Below are positions 1 to 12,326 of a stretch of DNA of 64,000 bases, one piece after another (position 1 is the first letter of the stretch; each line of letters opens with the position of its first letter). The translations under genes and the position numbers were made by a program. The notes beneath the pieces are model-generated. The model did not search any database. It had not been told where the DNA came from and saw nothing but the letters and a program-made list of their open reading frames with translations. Location of the stretch: assembly GCA_905178155.1 (NCBI GenBank), contig CAJINV010000006.1:4113709-4177708 (forward strand), written 5' to 3'. This DNA is from Amoebophrya sp. A120 (Eukaryota > Protista > Dinoflagellata).

Positions 1-481
1 TGAATTTCTCGTAGTCCGTGAAGTACAGGTACACTTCAGCCGCGTATTGAACTAGGAAGAGAAACCCGAGGAGCCGGTGGGACAAAAATTTCTTCTGTAG
101 GAAAAACAGGTTGGTAATTGTGTACGGAAAGCGGAGAACCATGCGAAGGATGTTTTTAGAAGTTGTACCAGAGCTGCTAGAAGTGGAAGATGTAGTTGTT
201 GAGGACCTCCCTAGTGCCGCTGGTTTCGAGTTGGTTACTTGCTCTGCGTCGTCCTCGACTTTACAGCTACTTCCAACGGTTGATGTAGCACAACTGCGGT
301 CGACCAGACCATCTTCTTGTGTGCAGTTCCTCGGTGTGCTCAAGGTCGAGTTTGCGGCACTGGAGGCTGTCGTGCTGGGGTATTTTTGTTCCACGGTGTC
401 TACTACTAGGCCGGCTCCTTCCGCCTTGCCGCGGGGCGCGGCTGCGGAGGGAGAAGTAGAGGTGGATGCGAGGACAGTCAT
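1..481 (-). CDS. 5' part of a putative membrane protein, running off the window edge
   Basis: Open minus frame from ATG 481: MTVLASTSTSPSAAAPRG...LFFLQKKFLSHRLLGFLFLVQYAAEVYLYFTDYEKF. S/T-rich N-terminus followed by a hydrophobic segment. Confidence 0.6.
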   Translation of the reverse strand, partial: MTVLASTSTSPSAAAPRGKAEGAGLVVDTVEQKYPSTTASSAANSTLSTPRNCTQEDGLVDRSCATSTVGSSCKVEDDAEQVTNSKPAALGRSSTTTSSTSSSSGTTSKNILRMVLRFPYTITNLFFLQKKFLSHRLLGFLFLVQYAAEVYLYFTDYEKF

Positions 482-2322
482 TGCAGCTTTATTTGTGTTG
501 TGGTCCTAGTGGTACGGCTTCTATGGACGTCGAAATTCCCAGCCAACTGTATGTTGGTGGTTTTGTAGAATGCGGCGCAATTCCTCCATACACAAGTGCT
601 GCAAATTTTTTCAAAAAGCTCGCGCCCTTCAGCAAAGAAATTCATCATCTCCAGGCGACCTCTCCGTCACTCGCGGCTCAAAATCGTGAGTGGTCGGCTC
701 AGATCTAACCAATGATCAGGATCTATAACTCGCTCCAAACCTCGCCTCTCGTGTTATTTCCTTGTGCTCGGCGGGGACAGATTTCCCTTGCTCCGACGGC
801 CCGCCGACACACGACGGAGCCAACTATATGGCGCAGGACCCTCACTCCGAACAGGAACAACGGGAACGGCAGCAGGCGCCCAAAGTAAGTAAAAAAGCGA
901 CTGCCGCCCGAGCATCTTCTACTTCTTCAGTCCGTGAGCCTCCAACTTGGGTGCGTAAGTTTCTTTGCGTCGTCCGTTCCGCCGAGACTGGCGGCCGCGT
1001 GCCTTCTTGCATGCAGCGCCACCACCGGCCACTCAGCCCGGCGGGCCAACCAAAGGGCCGCCGGCCGACAAGCCAGAGCGGCCAAAACCAACCGCGCGCC
1101 CTGGCGGGCCAAGTAGGAACGAGTCCGCGCGCCCGCAGCACAGCCTGGTGGCGCGGGGGCCCCACGAAACCGGGCAGGGAACAGGGGCCACAACCCCGCG
1201 CCCAAAGGGCTGCAAGGAGGGCCATGCGCGCGGCCCCTGCCCCCCACGCTGCATTATGCGAAAAGGGGCGGCAAACGAACGCGGGCGCGTGGGGAGCGAG
1301 CACACAGGCCCGGCCGCGCCGGCCCGCCGTGCTGCGGCGCACTGAATTCTTCCAGCTCTGGGCGTCCTCGCGTCCCCCGCGTCCTCGTGCGGCAATAGGG
1401 CTGAGCGCCGGCGCGTTCGCCGGCGGCAGACGCGGGCCTGGTGCTGGCGCCGGCGCGTCCAGACAGGCTGGCCGCTGCAGCAGTCGAAGACAGAGAGCGC
1501 CGCCGCCGGCCAGCCCGGCGCCGTCACTGACAGAGGACAACACCCCGGCCGCGCCGTTCCTTTCGCCTTGCCGCGCAGGTCTCCCACGGGGGAAAACGGA
1601 GGACGGGGAAGCAGCCACTTTCCTTGTGTTTGTGACAGAAGAGCTGCAACGAAATTAAAGTACCCCAATCGGCCTAACAATGAAAATCCCGCCTTGTTTC
1701 GTCTTCATGGAACCTGTCTTCCTTCAGCCTGGTCGAGTAGAAAAGACGCAACTAGACCCAAGACTACTACATCATCACCCTGCACTCTCCGAATAAAACC
1801 ATAACTTTATCTCAGCACAGTGACAGCCCGGCGGCGAGTGAAAATAAGTACGCGTCTCTCTACTTCGTTCTGCCAAAATTGTATACAGACAAAACCAAAC
1901 GGTCACAAAGCTGAAACGAGCAACCATTATTGCCTGCAAGACTTATCCGGCCCTGCAGGAGTGGCAACATGTCGCCCAGGAGACCACTCAGTGGACGTCT
2001 GCCGTTCTACGAAAAAGAAAAACGCCAGTCCGTCCGACCGGCCACACTCTCACCAGACAGCAGCCGCGCACCAGATTTCAACACATTTTTGCGTAGCACA
2101 CGAAAAAGGCCGGCGCCGGCTTAAGGCGTTCCGCCACATCTACTTCAATGGGAGAAGCATAGTACACTGCGCGGGGGCCTCTACTGCTTCATTGCATTTG
2201 CATTCTAATATTCTTATAAACCTACGACTATATTAGCGGTGTAAAAAAAAAGTCACTGCGTGATCCCGCCTGAAATGATGACTTAAATCTATTCGAGGCA
2301 GTAGTCCCCTCATGATTGCACT

Positions 2323-5300
2323 CTAGGTAGTAGTCCCCCCTAGGATTAATATCCTCTTCCGTCTTGCACTTCGTTGCTTGGATTGTTTTCCGTAACCGCC
2401 CCAGATATCGGGCTTGTCCAAGCAGGCCTCCACAAGTTTCACATAGTCTTCGTCCCCCTCCACCGTCATGATATCTCTCCAGGACCTCAAATCCTGCTTG
2501 AACCGTTCGCACTTATCAAACATGAACTCCACATCTTTCAACTTCGCCACATATGAACTGCAAAAGTATCGTAGAAGTAGTACAAATTGCATTACAAATT
2601 TGCTCAGCATTACAAATGGAATTTGTAATGCGGATTTGCCTATAAGCAAAAAATTTGTGATGCATAAAAGCAATTAGTACGAGTACGATACTTTTGCACA
2701 GGATACCACATTCCAATCTTTGATATCCTGATTGAAATTCTCGCACCCCGCAAACATCCCCTATCAAAATGAAAAATTCCCCCTCCCCACATCAAAAAGG
2801 GAAATTTGTGATGCTGATTTGTGGCCACAAATCAGCTTTGTCATGCTAGAAGGCAAATAAAGATGCGGACTGTAGTGCTGGGTTGCGTGGGAAACAAGCC
2901 TTGCATCTTCAGCATGACAGGAGGCAGCTGGAACAAGTGGGAAACAGCGTGACAAATTGCCTGCAGACGAGACCACGACTGCGCCTCTTTGCCTTCTAGC
3001 AATACAAGTCGATGTATGCACTCAGATACAGCATGACAAGTTTCGTTTTCGATATGGGGAGGGAAGATTTTTCCTCACGATATCCCCCGCATCGTGGTCA
3101 CGTTGGAAACGTCCCAATGCTTCAGCTTATGGAAGCGTCAGGACTGAAATCGTCAAAGTTGAAATAGTTTGTGATGCATGAAATGCAACCCACAAAATGC
3201 CTCTCTTGCAGAGTAGGCTAGGGAAGCAGATTGCAAGCCTGTTGAGGGGTAGAAATAGAGCTGCTAAAGTTGCATGACGAAAGGCGTCTTCCTTACCGAA
3301 ACAGCATGACAAACTGGATGTAGGCACCACCAAAATTTATCATGCACCACTTGAGAGCTGGGCTGTGACTGGACTCCATTTTATGCATGGCAAATTATTT
3401 CAACTCGGTCGATTTCAAACCTGACAGATCCATACAGCTTCCGGTCGAAATACGCACACCCGAGAAACATGCCGGCCATGTTCGTAGCACCCGAAACGTC
3501 CCACGCACTGTATGACCTGCTCAAACGTTACAATCTCAAACGTTACAATAGAGTCGGGAAATCTGTGATGCAAGAAATGCATGATCTAGCCAACTCTCAT
3601 AGGACTGCGCATGACAAGTTCCGGAGTCCCACACCGCACTACAATCTGGCGAAATTTGTATTGCAGAAAGTGGAACGGTCTACGAGTCTGTAATGCTCAT
3701 GATGCAAGACAAGTCCCAGATTCTATTGTAACGTTTGAGATTGTAACACCTGAGCGGGTTATACACTGATATCGCTGTTGAAGTAGCTCGTTTCAACATC
3801 ATCGGGATTATTCAAACGGGGATACCAGCGAGCAGTAGAACTGAAGTTGGGAAAGCGCGAGAAGAGAGCGGAAAAATCTTGTATCAAATGTAAAAATGTC
3901 TGGGTCTGGAAGATTGTGAGACTTGTCATGCATATTTCGGATCACGCAAATGGCGTCTGATGCAGGCAAAAGCATCACAGGTTCTGGGCACGTCTCATGA
4001 TGCCTGTCCCGCATGAGAGACTTCCTGCTTCCGTGCGAAGAAGTGGACAGCTTTTGGCGCTCATGCAACACAAATTTTTGTGTGTTCCAGAGTTTGCATC
4101 GCAAGTTCCAACTCTTCCAGACCCAGACATTTTTGCAATCCATATCTTGGATGGCACTGCAATCCCAAATTCGAATCGGCCCGTAGAGCTCTTCGGCTTC
4201 CATATCAAATGCAAAAATGTCTGGGTCTGGAAGATTTCTAGAGTTGTCATGCATATTTCCCATGATCCGTGTCGTCTGGAATGCAGGACCTAGCATGACA
4301 GATTCTGCCAGATCCCTATCATGCTTACCCTGCATGAGAGACTGCCTCGCGATTAGGTCAAAAGTGGACAGCTTTTGATAATCATGCAACACAGATTTTT
4401 ACATGATTCAGATTTAGCATGACAAGTTGCTTTGTTCCAGACCCAGACATTTTTACAGTCGATATTCCAATTGCGTTCGCGAAACTTCTTTGGAACGGTG
4501 AAAAGTCCGGTTTCGCGTGTCCAGGTAGGGGAGTAGGATCCGGTTTAGAATATTCCGACTGGGAACCGGATATCACACCAAAGAGTGTTAACGTTAACGA
4601 AATTTGGCATGCAGGAATGCAGGATAAATGATGCCCAAATACAAATTTGTATTGCATAGCATGCATGATAGCGAAAATTTGTCATGCATGACTGCAGTGC
4701 CCCAAAACCGTTAACGTTAACACTTTTTTGCTCGATACCGGATCAAAGGTCTTGATGAAGAATTTCAGATTGAAATAATGAACAACTACTTGTTCATCTA
4801 CATCCGCACTGTTCATCTTCCGCTCCTCCTGATCGACGACGTGTGCTGGCCTACTTTCGTTATGATTTGTTCCCACGTGGGCGGAAGTACTAGATGTAGA
4901 AAACGTAGAAGAAGATGGTGGAGAATTTTCAAAAACGTAGTTCCGCTTCTTGTTTTCCCGGTCGATGTTCTCTGAATAGTTAGCCAAGTACCGTTTCACC
5001 GTTTCCGCTACCACAGAGTCTATTTTTTCCTGGTCTACCTTGGTCCTCGAAGCTGATGAAGATGAACACGTAGTTTCCCTCACCACGCGCATGATTTCTT
5101 TGTCCTGCTTCATTTCCTGTTCGAGGAGAAAGCTCAACGCGTTTTGGCTCGGCGTGGCGGTAACGACATCTGGGTTTGCTTCATCCACAGTCCGAACAGC
5201 GTGGTTGTATCAAATGTAAAAGTATCTGGGTCTGGAAGAATGTCATGCTAAAAATGAAGCAAGCAAAAATCTGTGTTGCATGAGTACCAAAAGTCGTCCA

Positions 5301-8300
5301 GTTTTGACCAAGTCGGGCGGGAGTTTCTCATGCAGAATAAGCATGAGAGAGATTGATCGCACAGAATGTGTCATGCTAGGTCCTGCATTCCAGACCTCAT
5401 GGGTCATGGAAAAGCTGCATGACAAGTCGCCTTCTTTCCAGACCCAGACATTTTTGCATTTGATAGGTTGTTAGCCGCGACGATTTTCCAGGAGGTTCTT
5501 GTCGACTCCTGTTTCGCTGCACAGTTAATCTCCCCGGTCGTGCTACTGCTACAACTACCCGCTGAAAATAAATCTTCAGGTCGTCGTGGAGAGGACAACA
5601 TCACGCCTTCTACGTCTTCGGAGTGAACATTCGTCCCGTTCTTGGATGTTGAACGATGGTTGGAATAAACAGATGAGTTGCATGCTTGTTCGGCTGCATT
5701 TCTTGTCGTCGCGGCCACGGTAGAAGAAGAAGTACTTGAAGCAGTTGCTCTTATCGTAAGGAAAAACCCCCCCTCCCCATATCAAGAAGCTACTTCTCAG
5801 AAAATTTGCAATGCTGATTTGTGGCCACAAATCTTTTTGTCTTGCAAGCAGGCAACTCTACAGTCTCCGCCGCATTATGCGGACGGTTTGTGATGCTGCT
5901 TGGGCTAAAGCATAGACATTTGTGATGCTAAGCGTCCACGTCAGAAGCTCGGTACTCAGGCACGGCATATGCCTGCAGTCCTCTACTGCAAGACAGCTCT
6001 GATTTGTGTACGGAAATCCAGCATCAGAAACTTCGTTTTGATATGGGGAGGGGGGATTTTTCCTCTCAATAGTTCTGCCGCTATCATCAGACTCGATCAT
6101 CAAAATGACGTTTTCCCAGAATATCAAATTTAAAAATATCTGGGTCTGGAAGATTGCAACTTGTCATGCTAAATCTGCAGCATGCAAAAATCTGTGTTGC
6201 ATGATTACCAAAAGTAGTCCAGTTTTGACCAAGTCGGGAGGTAGTTTCTCATGCAGGATAGGCATTAGAAAGGTCTCGCAGAATCTGTCATGCTGGGTCT
6301 CGCATTCCAGACCTCATTGGTCATGAAAAACCTGCATCACAAATCTTGCATTCTTCCAGACCCAGACATTTTCACATTTGATACAGAACACGGGCCGCCG
6401 ACGGTGGGACAGCTCTCGCGGAGGTCGGGCGGGTTGTAATTCTTCAACACTAGAACAAATGACACCAGGCGTGGCCGTGGTCCCGCGACCTCCATGGTCT
6501 GGTACAGCAGTGCGGAGTTTTCCGGATCGTCCGCCGGGGAGATCTCGGTCAAGCCCTTCTGCACGTTGTTGATGAAGCCCATCAGCTGCACAATCCGCTC
6601 CTCGACGTAGCTGTGCAGGTACATCGAGTACTTCTCCTCCCACTTCGCGACGTACTGCACCAGGTTGATCTTCACGGGCTGCGAGTTGATGCGCAGCCAG
6701 TGGATGTCCACCGGGGTTTTCGTCCCCGCAATTTCCTCTTTCAACCGCTTGAATCGCGTGATCTGCTCGTCGAACCTATGCAATGTAAATTTCCCGGACA
6801 TGTACAAAATGCATGACAAATTCCGCTAACTTGCAGTGTCCAACTTGTCATGCTAGACTAGGATTGAAGGCAAGTTTTGTCATGCAGAGACTTCTGCATT
6901 TGTACGTGTACGAGAAATTTCCTGTGGATAGAACCGCTCGAACGGCGGGATCTTGGGGCCCATGTCGATGCCGGCCGTGTCCATCAGCGTGTGGAAGTCC
7001 ATGCCGTCCTCCACTTCCGGGTTCACCAAGTCCTTCGCGCCGTCCAGCAAAAAGTCGGCGAAGGTCTCTTCGAGGGATTCCTTCCACAAAAAGCTGTGCT
7101 GCATGAACGTCTGCCGGTAGTCGATGCACTTCATCTCCGTGTTGTCGATCAGCTCGAACACGAGAGACAACAAGCATTGCATCTGAAATATCAAATGTAA
7201 AAATGTCTGGGTCTGGAAGGTTGGAACTTGTGATGCTAACTTTACACTCTAAAAAAATCTGTATTGCATGACCAGCAAGAGAGGTCTCGTTTCTGCTACG
7301 CGGGGAGGGCATTTGTCATGCGGAGTAAGCAGCAGGAAGCCCTCTAAAAATCTGTGATGCTAGGTCGTGCATTACAGACATCCTGGGTCGTGCACAATAT
7401 GCATGACAAGTTTCAGAATCTTCCAGACCCAGACATTTTTGCATTTGATATGAAAGTGCTCCTTCATCTCGTTCAGGTAATCCCCGGTACCGGTGTCCAA
7501 ACGTGGCATGGTGACCGCCGCCATGGCGAAGAATTCAGAACAAATGACACCAGGCGTGGCCGTGGTCCCGCGACCTCCATCTTCTTCCTCTTCTCTTCCA
7601 AGTAGCTCATTAGATGAATTCTGCCTTCCGTAGGAGCCATCCTCTACTTCGGTCCTCCGCAGTTCCGTCACCCGCCGGGCGATGGCTTTTCGCAAGGCCA
7701 AAATCGTGGTCCTTTCCGCGTCGAAGGCGATAGAGTCGTCGTCGAGGGCCGAAGGAGTAGTATGATCGTCTTCTGCCCCGGGAGACGGCCCGGCACAAGA
7801 ACCTAGTACCGCGGGGACACCTTCCTTATAATTTTTATTTCCTCGTACTACGATTGATTCTTTATCCTCGTGCGGGAACGGGAACCGTAGCGGCTCTCCC
7901 GACAGCGCGTTGCGGATGGATAAGTAAAACACGAGTTTCCTCCTGTCGCGACTCTGCACGCTGTCTGTTCTCTCCTTTGTTTGTTCTTGTTCCCGCCCTG
8001 CGGGCCGCTTCTTGAATGCAGTAATTATGCTCCTTTTTTTTTCCTGCTTTTTCGGATCACTATTTTTCAGAACTTCTTGATCGTGGTCCACTTTTTCTTC
8101 ATCCTCTGCTACCAACCTTCGGAACGAGAGAGGCGTGAAATAAACTGAGGAAAATGCCTGTCTTGCAGAGTAGGCAAGGGAAGCAGATTACAAGCCTGTT
8201 TCGGGGTAGAAATAGAGCTGCTAGAGTAGCATGACAAATGGCGTCTTCCTTACCCAAACAGCATTACAGACTGGATTTCGGCTCTAGTTACATTTGCCAT

Positions 8301-11051
8301 GCGCCGCTTAGAAATTGGGCTTCCATCTGGTATCGATTTTATGCATTACAAGTTATTTCAACTTTGTCGATCTCCTAGGCAGCATGATCTCGCGAGGAGG
8401 AGGAACAGGAAAGATCTAGTATGCAACCACTGCTACCAACCTTCGGAACGAGGGAGGCGTGAAATGAACTGAGGAAAATGCCTGTCTTGCAGAGTAGGCA
8501 AGGGATGCAGATTTTAAGCCTGTTTCGGGGTAGAAATAGAGCTGCTAGAGTAGCATGACAAATGGCGTCTTCCTTACCCAAACAGCATTACAGACTGGAT
8601 TTCGGCTCTAGTTACATTTGCCATGCGCCGCTTAGAAATTGGGCTTCCATCTGGTATCGATTTTATGCATTACAAGTTATTTCAACTTTGTCGATCTCCT
8701 AGGCAGCATGATCTCGCGAGGAGGAGGAACAGGAAAGACCTAGTATGCAACCACTGCTACCAACCTTCGGAACGAGGGAGGCGTGAAATGAACTGAGGAA
8801 AATGCCTGTCTTGCAGAGTAGGCAAGGGAAGCAGATTACAAGCCTGTTTCGGGGTAGAAATAGAGCTGCTAGAGTAGCATGACAAATGGCGTCTTCCTTA
8901 CCCAAACAGCATTACAGACTGGATTTCGGCTCTAGTTACATTTGCCATGCGCCGCTTAGAAATTGGGCTTCCATCTGGTATCGATTTTATGCATTACAAG
9001 TTATTTCAACTTTGTCGATCTCCTAGGCAGCATGATCTCGCGAGGAGGAGGAACAGGAAAGAACTAGTATGCAACCACTGCTACCAACCTTCGGAACGAG
9101 GGAGGCGTGAAATGAACAGAGGGTTCTTGTCGACTCCTGTTTCGTTGCAATATTGATCTCCCCGGTCGTGCTACTGCTACAACTACCCGCTGAAAACAAA
9201 TCTTAAGGTCCGGGTCCCCCGACAGGAAACGTTGTTCCGGGCCTCCCGCACAGGAAAATTGTAGGCCTCTCTGAGCCGCGGAAAGTTTCGGGCCGAGAGG
9301 CCAGCTAAGGTGCATCCGGGACCCTTGCATGAGAAACGGCAGGCCCCCCGTGGCGTGGGAAAGTTCAAGGCGAAGGCGAAACAGAGCCCAGGGCGCAGTA
9401 TTTCTCTCTCTTGCCAGGAGCTCGACAACCCCAGGGCCGCCCCCCCGGCGTGCCAGTCCCTGCCTCCCGAAGGTGAAGAAAACTCTGGAGCCCCCGCCGA
9501 GGCGGGAAAACATAAGCCTCCCGTGGGGAGAAAATTGTGGCCCGGCCGGCAGGGGAATCCAATTGGTTCCTGGATTCCGGGAAGACAATGCCCCGGGCCT
9601 TCCGGAAGGGCAAATTCCGGGCCTCCCGGGCATGAATGTGACGGCGCCCCAGGACGCAAAAGCCTCGGGGCTCCCCGGCGCAAAGGCTGTAGACGTCCCC
9701 AACCCCTCAATCCATCACTGTGCATCAGTCGTTCGGTGCGCCTGCCTTGGTCCAACAACATCACGAGCGATAGATTTTTGCTCGATGAACTCTACTCGCG
9801 AGAATGGAAGAACGCACGGCCGGTGATGCGTGGACGCGCCGAATATGCATGGCAATGTTGCGCGGGCTATGCGTGGCGCAACATATTTTTACTCATGTTT
9901 ACGCGGGCTACGCGTGGCATTTAGCTACCAACCTTCGGAACGAGGGAGGCATGAAATGAATTGACGCCCCATTCCAGAGTTGTATATGCAAAATGGCATG
10001 CCTAAAATGTTTCTCATGCGCAGCCCCATGGGAGACATTTTGTCATGCTATCTGGAAGTTTGTGATGCTGCAATCAGGATAAGGTAGTCGATTTGTCATG
10101 CGGCTGCACTACCTGCCCAAACAGCACTGCACTACGAGTCTAAACTTGTTATGCGAAACAGCCAAAACTTGTTTTTTTGTGTAGCAAAATCACCATCTTG
10201 ACTCTGGGGTGGGGACGTTTTTCCATATGATACTGTCTGTTCTCTCCTGTGTTTCTTGTTCCTGTGGTCCTGAGAGGAGCTTCTTCTTGGATGCAGCTGC
10301 AATCATGCTCCTTTTTTCTTCCTGCTTTTTTGGGTCAACAGTTTTAACAGCTTCTTCGTCGTGATCCGCTTCTCCTTCTCTTTCTTCTTGCGTCTGCGCG
10401 TCCAACTTGCCATAATTTGATGTGCCTCGGGGGCCCAGCACTGCAGCTTCCTCTTTCGTTGGTTTGGACACTCCTTCTCTTCTGCTCGCATGCCGCGATA
10501 GTATCCGGTCGCTTTTCTTGCTTCCTCGATTTTGCTCTGCACTTCTACCGAAGAACCGCGATCTTTCTGATGGCGTTCTTGGTTCGCCAATGTTCTTCTT
10601 CCCAATTCCGATCCACTCTAGTGCAACTTCTGGTTCTGCTCTGTCCCTGTCCGCTGTGATCATGTAAGAATAATCGCCGGCTTCTTCATCTTCATCCTCT
10701 GCTACCAACCTTCGGGACGAGGGAGGCGTGAAATGAACTGAGGTTCTTTTTTATCAAATGTAAAAATCCCTGGATGTCTGGAAAAGTGTAGACTTGTCAT
10801 GCAGATTTTCCATGACCCATGAGGTCTGGAATGCGGGACTTAGCATGACAGACTCTGCGAGGTCTCCGCCATGCCTGTCCTGCATGAGAAACTCCCTTCC
10901 AACTTGGTGAAAAGTGGACAGCTTTTGGCACTCATGCAACACAGATTTTTGCATGCTTCAGATTCACCATGACAAGTTGCAATCTTCCAGACCCAGACAT
11001 TTTTGCAATTCATATTTTTTCGCAACGGTGCGCAGTAGATGAGCGATTCAT
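2323..11051 (-). CDS. DUF285/BspA-like (PARCEL) repeat protein, split by introners; middle rearranged, so possibly a pseudogene
   Basis: Excising elements gives YGPIRIWDCSAIQDFSALF...FNSDISAWDVSGATNMAGMFLGCAYFDRKLKHWDVSNVTTMRGMFAGCENFNQDIKDWNVAKLKDVEFMFDKCERFKQDLRSW, stop at 2323. The frame is continuous from 6495 to 2323. Candidate start MNRSSTAHRCEK at 11051. Confidence 0.8.
2552..2705. mobile_element. TIR introner, family E
   Basis: TATGAACTGCAAAAGTATCGTA...TACGATACTTTTGCACAGGATA; TSD CCACA; excision in frame. Confidence 0.9.
2762..3082. mobile_element. TIR introner, family B
   Basis: TATC..GAAAAATTCCCCCTCCCCA / TGGGGAGGGAAGATTTTTC..GATA; TSD TCCCC; excision in frame. Confidence 0.9.
3128..3434. 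mobile_element. TIR introner, family F
   Basis: TATGGAAGCGTCAGG...CCTGACAGATCCATA; TSD CAGCT; excision in frame. Confidence 0.9.
3511..3763. mobile_element. TIR introner, family J
   Basis: Long TIR with TTACAATCTCAAACGTTACAATAG and its inverse; TSD CACTG; excision in frame. Confidence 0.9.
3882..4144. mobile_element. TIR introner, family A
   Basis: TATCAAATGTAAAAATGTCTGGGTCTGGAAG TIR; TSD TCTTG; excision in frame. Confidence 0.92.
4203..4464. mobile_element. TIR introner, family A
   Basis: Family A TIRs; TSD TTCCA; excision in frame. Confidence 0.92.
4571..4737. mobile_element. TIR introner, family H
   Basis: TATC..AGTGTTAACGTTAACG / CGTTAACGTTAACACT..GATA; TSD CCGGA; excision in frame. 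Confidence 0.9.
5208..5465. mobile_element. TIR introner, family A
   Basis: TSD GGTTG; excision in frame (VAANN-HAVRTVDE). Confidence 0.92.
5752..6071. mobile_element. TIR introner, family B
   Basis: TSD GCTCT/GTTCT; excision in frame. Confidence 0.9.
6122..6383. mobile_element. TIR introner, family A
   Basis: TSD CAGAA; excision in frame (RRPVF-WENV). Confidence 0.92.
6777..6930. mobile_element. TIR introner, family I
   Basis: TATGCAATGTAAATTTC...GAAATTTCCTGTGGATA; TSD GAACC; excision restores PFERFDEQI. Confidence 0.9.
7189..7450. mobile_element. TIR introner, family A
   Basis: TSD TGAAA; excision restores KEHFQMQ. Confidence 0.92.
8106..9117. repeat. 324-bp tandem repeat, about 3.1 copies
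   Basis: CTGCTACCAACCTTCGGAACGAG recurs at 8106, 8430, 8754 and 9078. Each unit is an exon fragment plus the internal part of a family F introner. Confidence 0.95.
9964..10232. mobile_element. TIR introner, family C, left terminus deleted
   Basis: Right end ACTCTGGGGTGGGGACGTTTTTCCATATGATA followed by CTGTC; left TIR truncated. Confidence 0.8.
10752..11014. mobile_element. TIR introner, family A
   Basis: TSD TTTTT; excision in frame. Confidence 0.9.
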
Positions 11052-12326
11052 TTTTTCATGTGGACAACGACAAGCAATAAGACGCGGAAAAATAAAAAAT
11101 TGAAGTTATTGTATATTTTGCGTCAAACGTGGAGTACTATATATTTTGTGTTGAGTACTCGCTTGTCGTAGTGGGTTTTCCTAGAGAAGATGACGTAGTA
11201 TCCGATTCCAAGTTGATGCGAAGAATTCTGTTTTTATTTACATTTACTCCCCCCATAATAACACTTTTTCATGATAGATTAAGATTTTTAAATCAACGTG
11301 GCGGAACAAATAGATTGGAGAAAGCTTGAGAAGATGTAGTTGCTTGCGTACTATCAGAATAGTACCATTAACAGGACCTGATCAATGATCATGGAGTTAT
11401 CACATCATCAACCGACAGGTGAGTGAAGATCTGGTGAGAGCAGCTGCTTCCGCCTTGACAAAGACATCAGTCAAGCTTGTCTACAGTGCCACCTCCAGGA
11501 GCCGCACGACGACAGACATGGCATCGACAGATGAATTTTTACCGTCTGCTCTACAACCGATACAGTGGCGAAGAAACCGACTAGACGTAGTTCTTGAAAG
11601 CGGCACTCTATGACACATGCGCCCAGAAGTACCGGCAAAACCGCTTGAGAGCTGTTTTCCCTTTCACTTCCCCCTCCTAGCCTAAACCGATACCTCGGTC
11701 CAGGCACGTGCCTCGATTTTACTGTTCTCCCGGACCTCGGCAAGCCTCGGCTTCAGGCCGGGTAGAGTCTCTCCGGTTGTCGTTAGTGTATATAGAGCTG
11801 TAAAGACAAGGCAGAAACAACTTTCGATCATTTATTCTGCCAAAAATGTCTCCTACCGATCAAGAGATTGTTGGGATTCGTTTTGATTCCTAGTACGCAA
11901 ATTGCTCATACACGGTGTTTCTTTTTCATGTCGAGTTGAAAAAAAGAATGTAGAATCAAAAGAAGGCCGTGTTGCTACGTTCGCGCCATCCGTCCCCGGT
12001 AGATGACTCCTGAAAGCAAGTGCTCGGGTCTCCATGAAAGAACAAGTGAAACGGCAAATAGGAAGAAGAATGGAAAGTAAGATATGAAAGTGGAAAACCT
12101 AAACTGAACAGAAAAAAAACGTGAAAAAAAGCGTAGCGTTTAAACAATCGATGACGAACCATGCTCGCAAGACGTCCAACAAGAACTACCTTATGCACAA
12201 GTGCTGCTTTCGACATGTTGATGATAAGGATGGCACTAGAGATATTGTAATTTTAAAGACATGATTGGCACATGTGATTTATGTCTGATATTATTTCGTC
12301 CTCCCGCTTCTACTACCAATGGCCCA

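Larger units (their letters stand above)
6496..7536 (-). pseudogene. Captured axonemal dynein heavy-chain (tail region) gene fragment
   Basis: After removing two introners: EFFAMAAVTMPRLDTGTGDYLNEMKEHFQMQ...HSFLWKESLEETFADFL...KIPPFERFDEQITRF...VDIHWLRINSQPVKINLVQYVAKWEEKYSMYL. Flanked by a perfect 44-bp duplication (6452-6495, 7537-7580). Confidence 0.85.

Noticed and set aside
701-720. ATGATCA motif upstream of genes (also near 11385 and 59168) as a promoter
   Set aside because: A short palindrome in three instances cannot be distinguished from chance by eye.
762-1680. Overlapping GC-rich ORFs, possible insertion
   Set aside because: Arg/Ala/Pro/Gly-rich shadow ORFs in several frames; only a weak 10/12 inverted match and no TSD.
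3808-4666. Recurring small ORFs with LPDPDIFAFD / KCKNVWVWK / FQTQTFLHLI / WGGGIF peptides across the window
   Set aside because: These are translations of introner TIRs, not a protein family.
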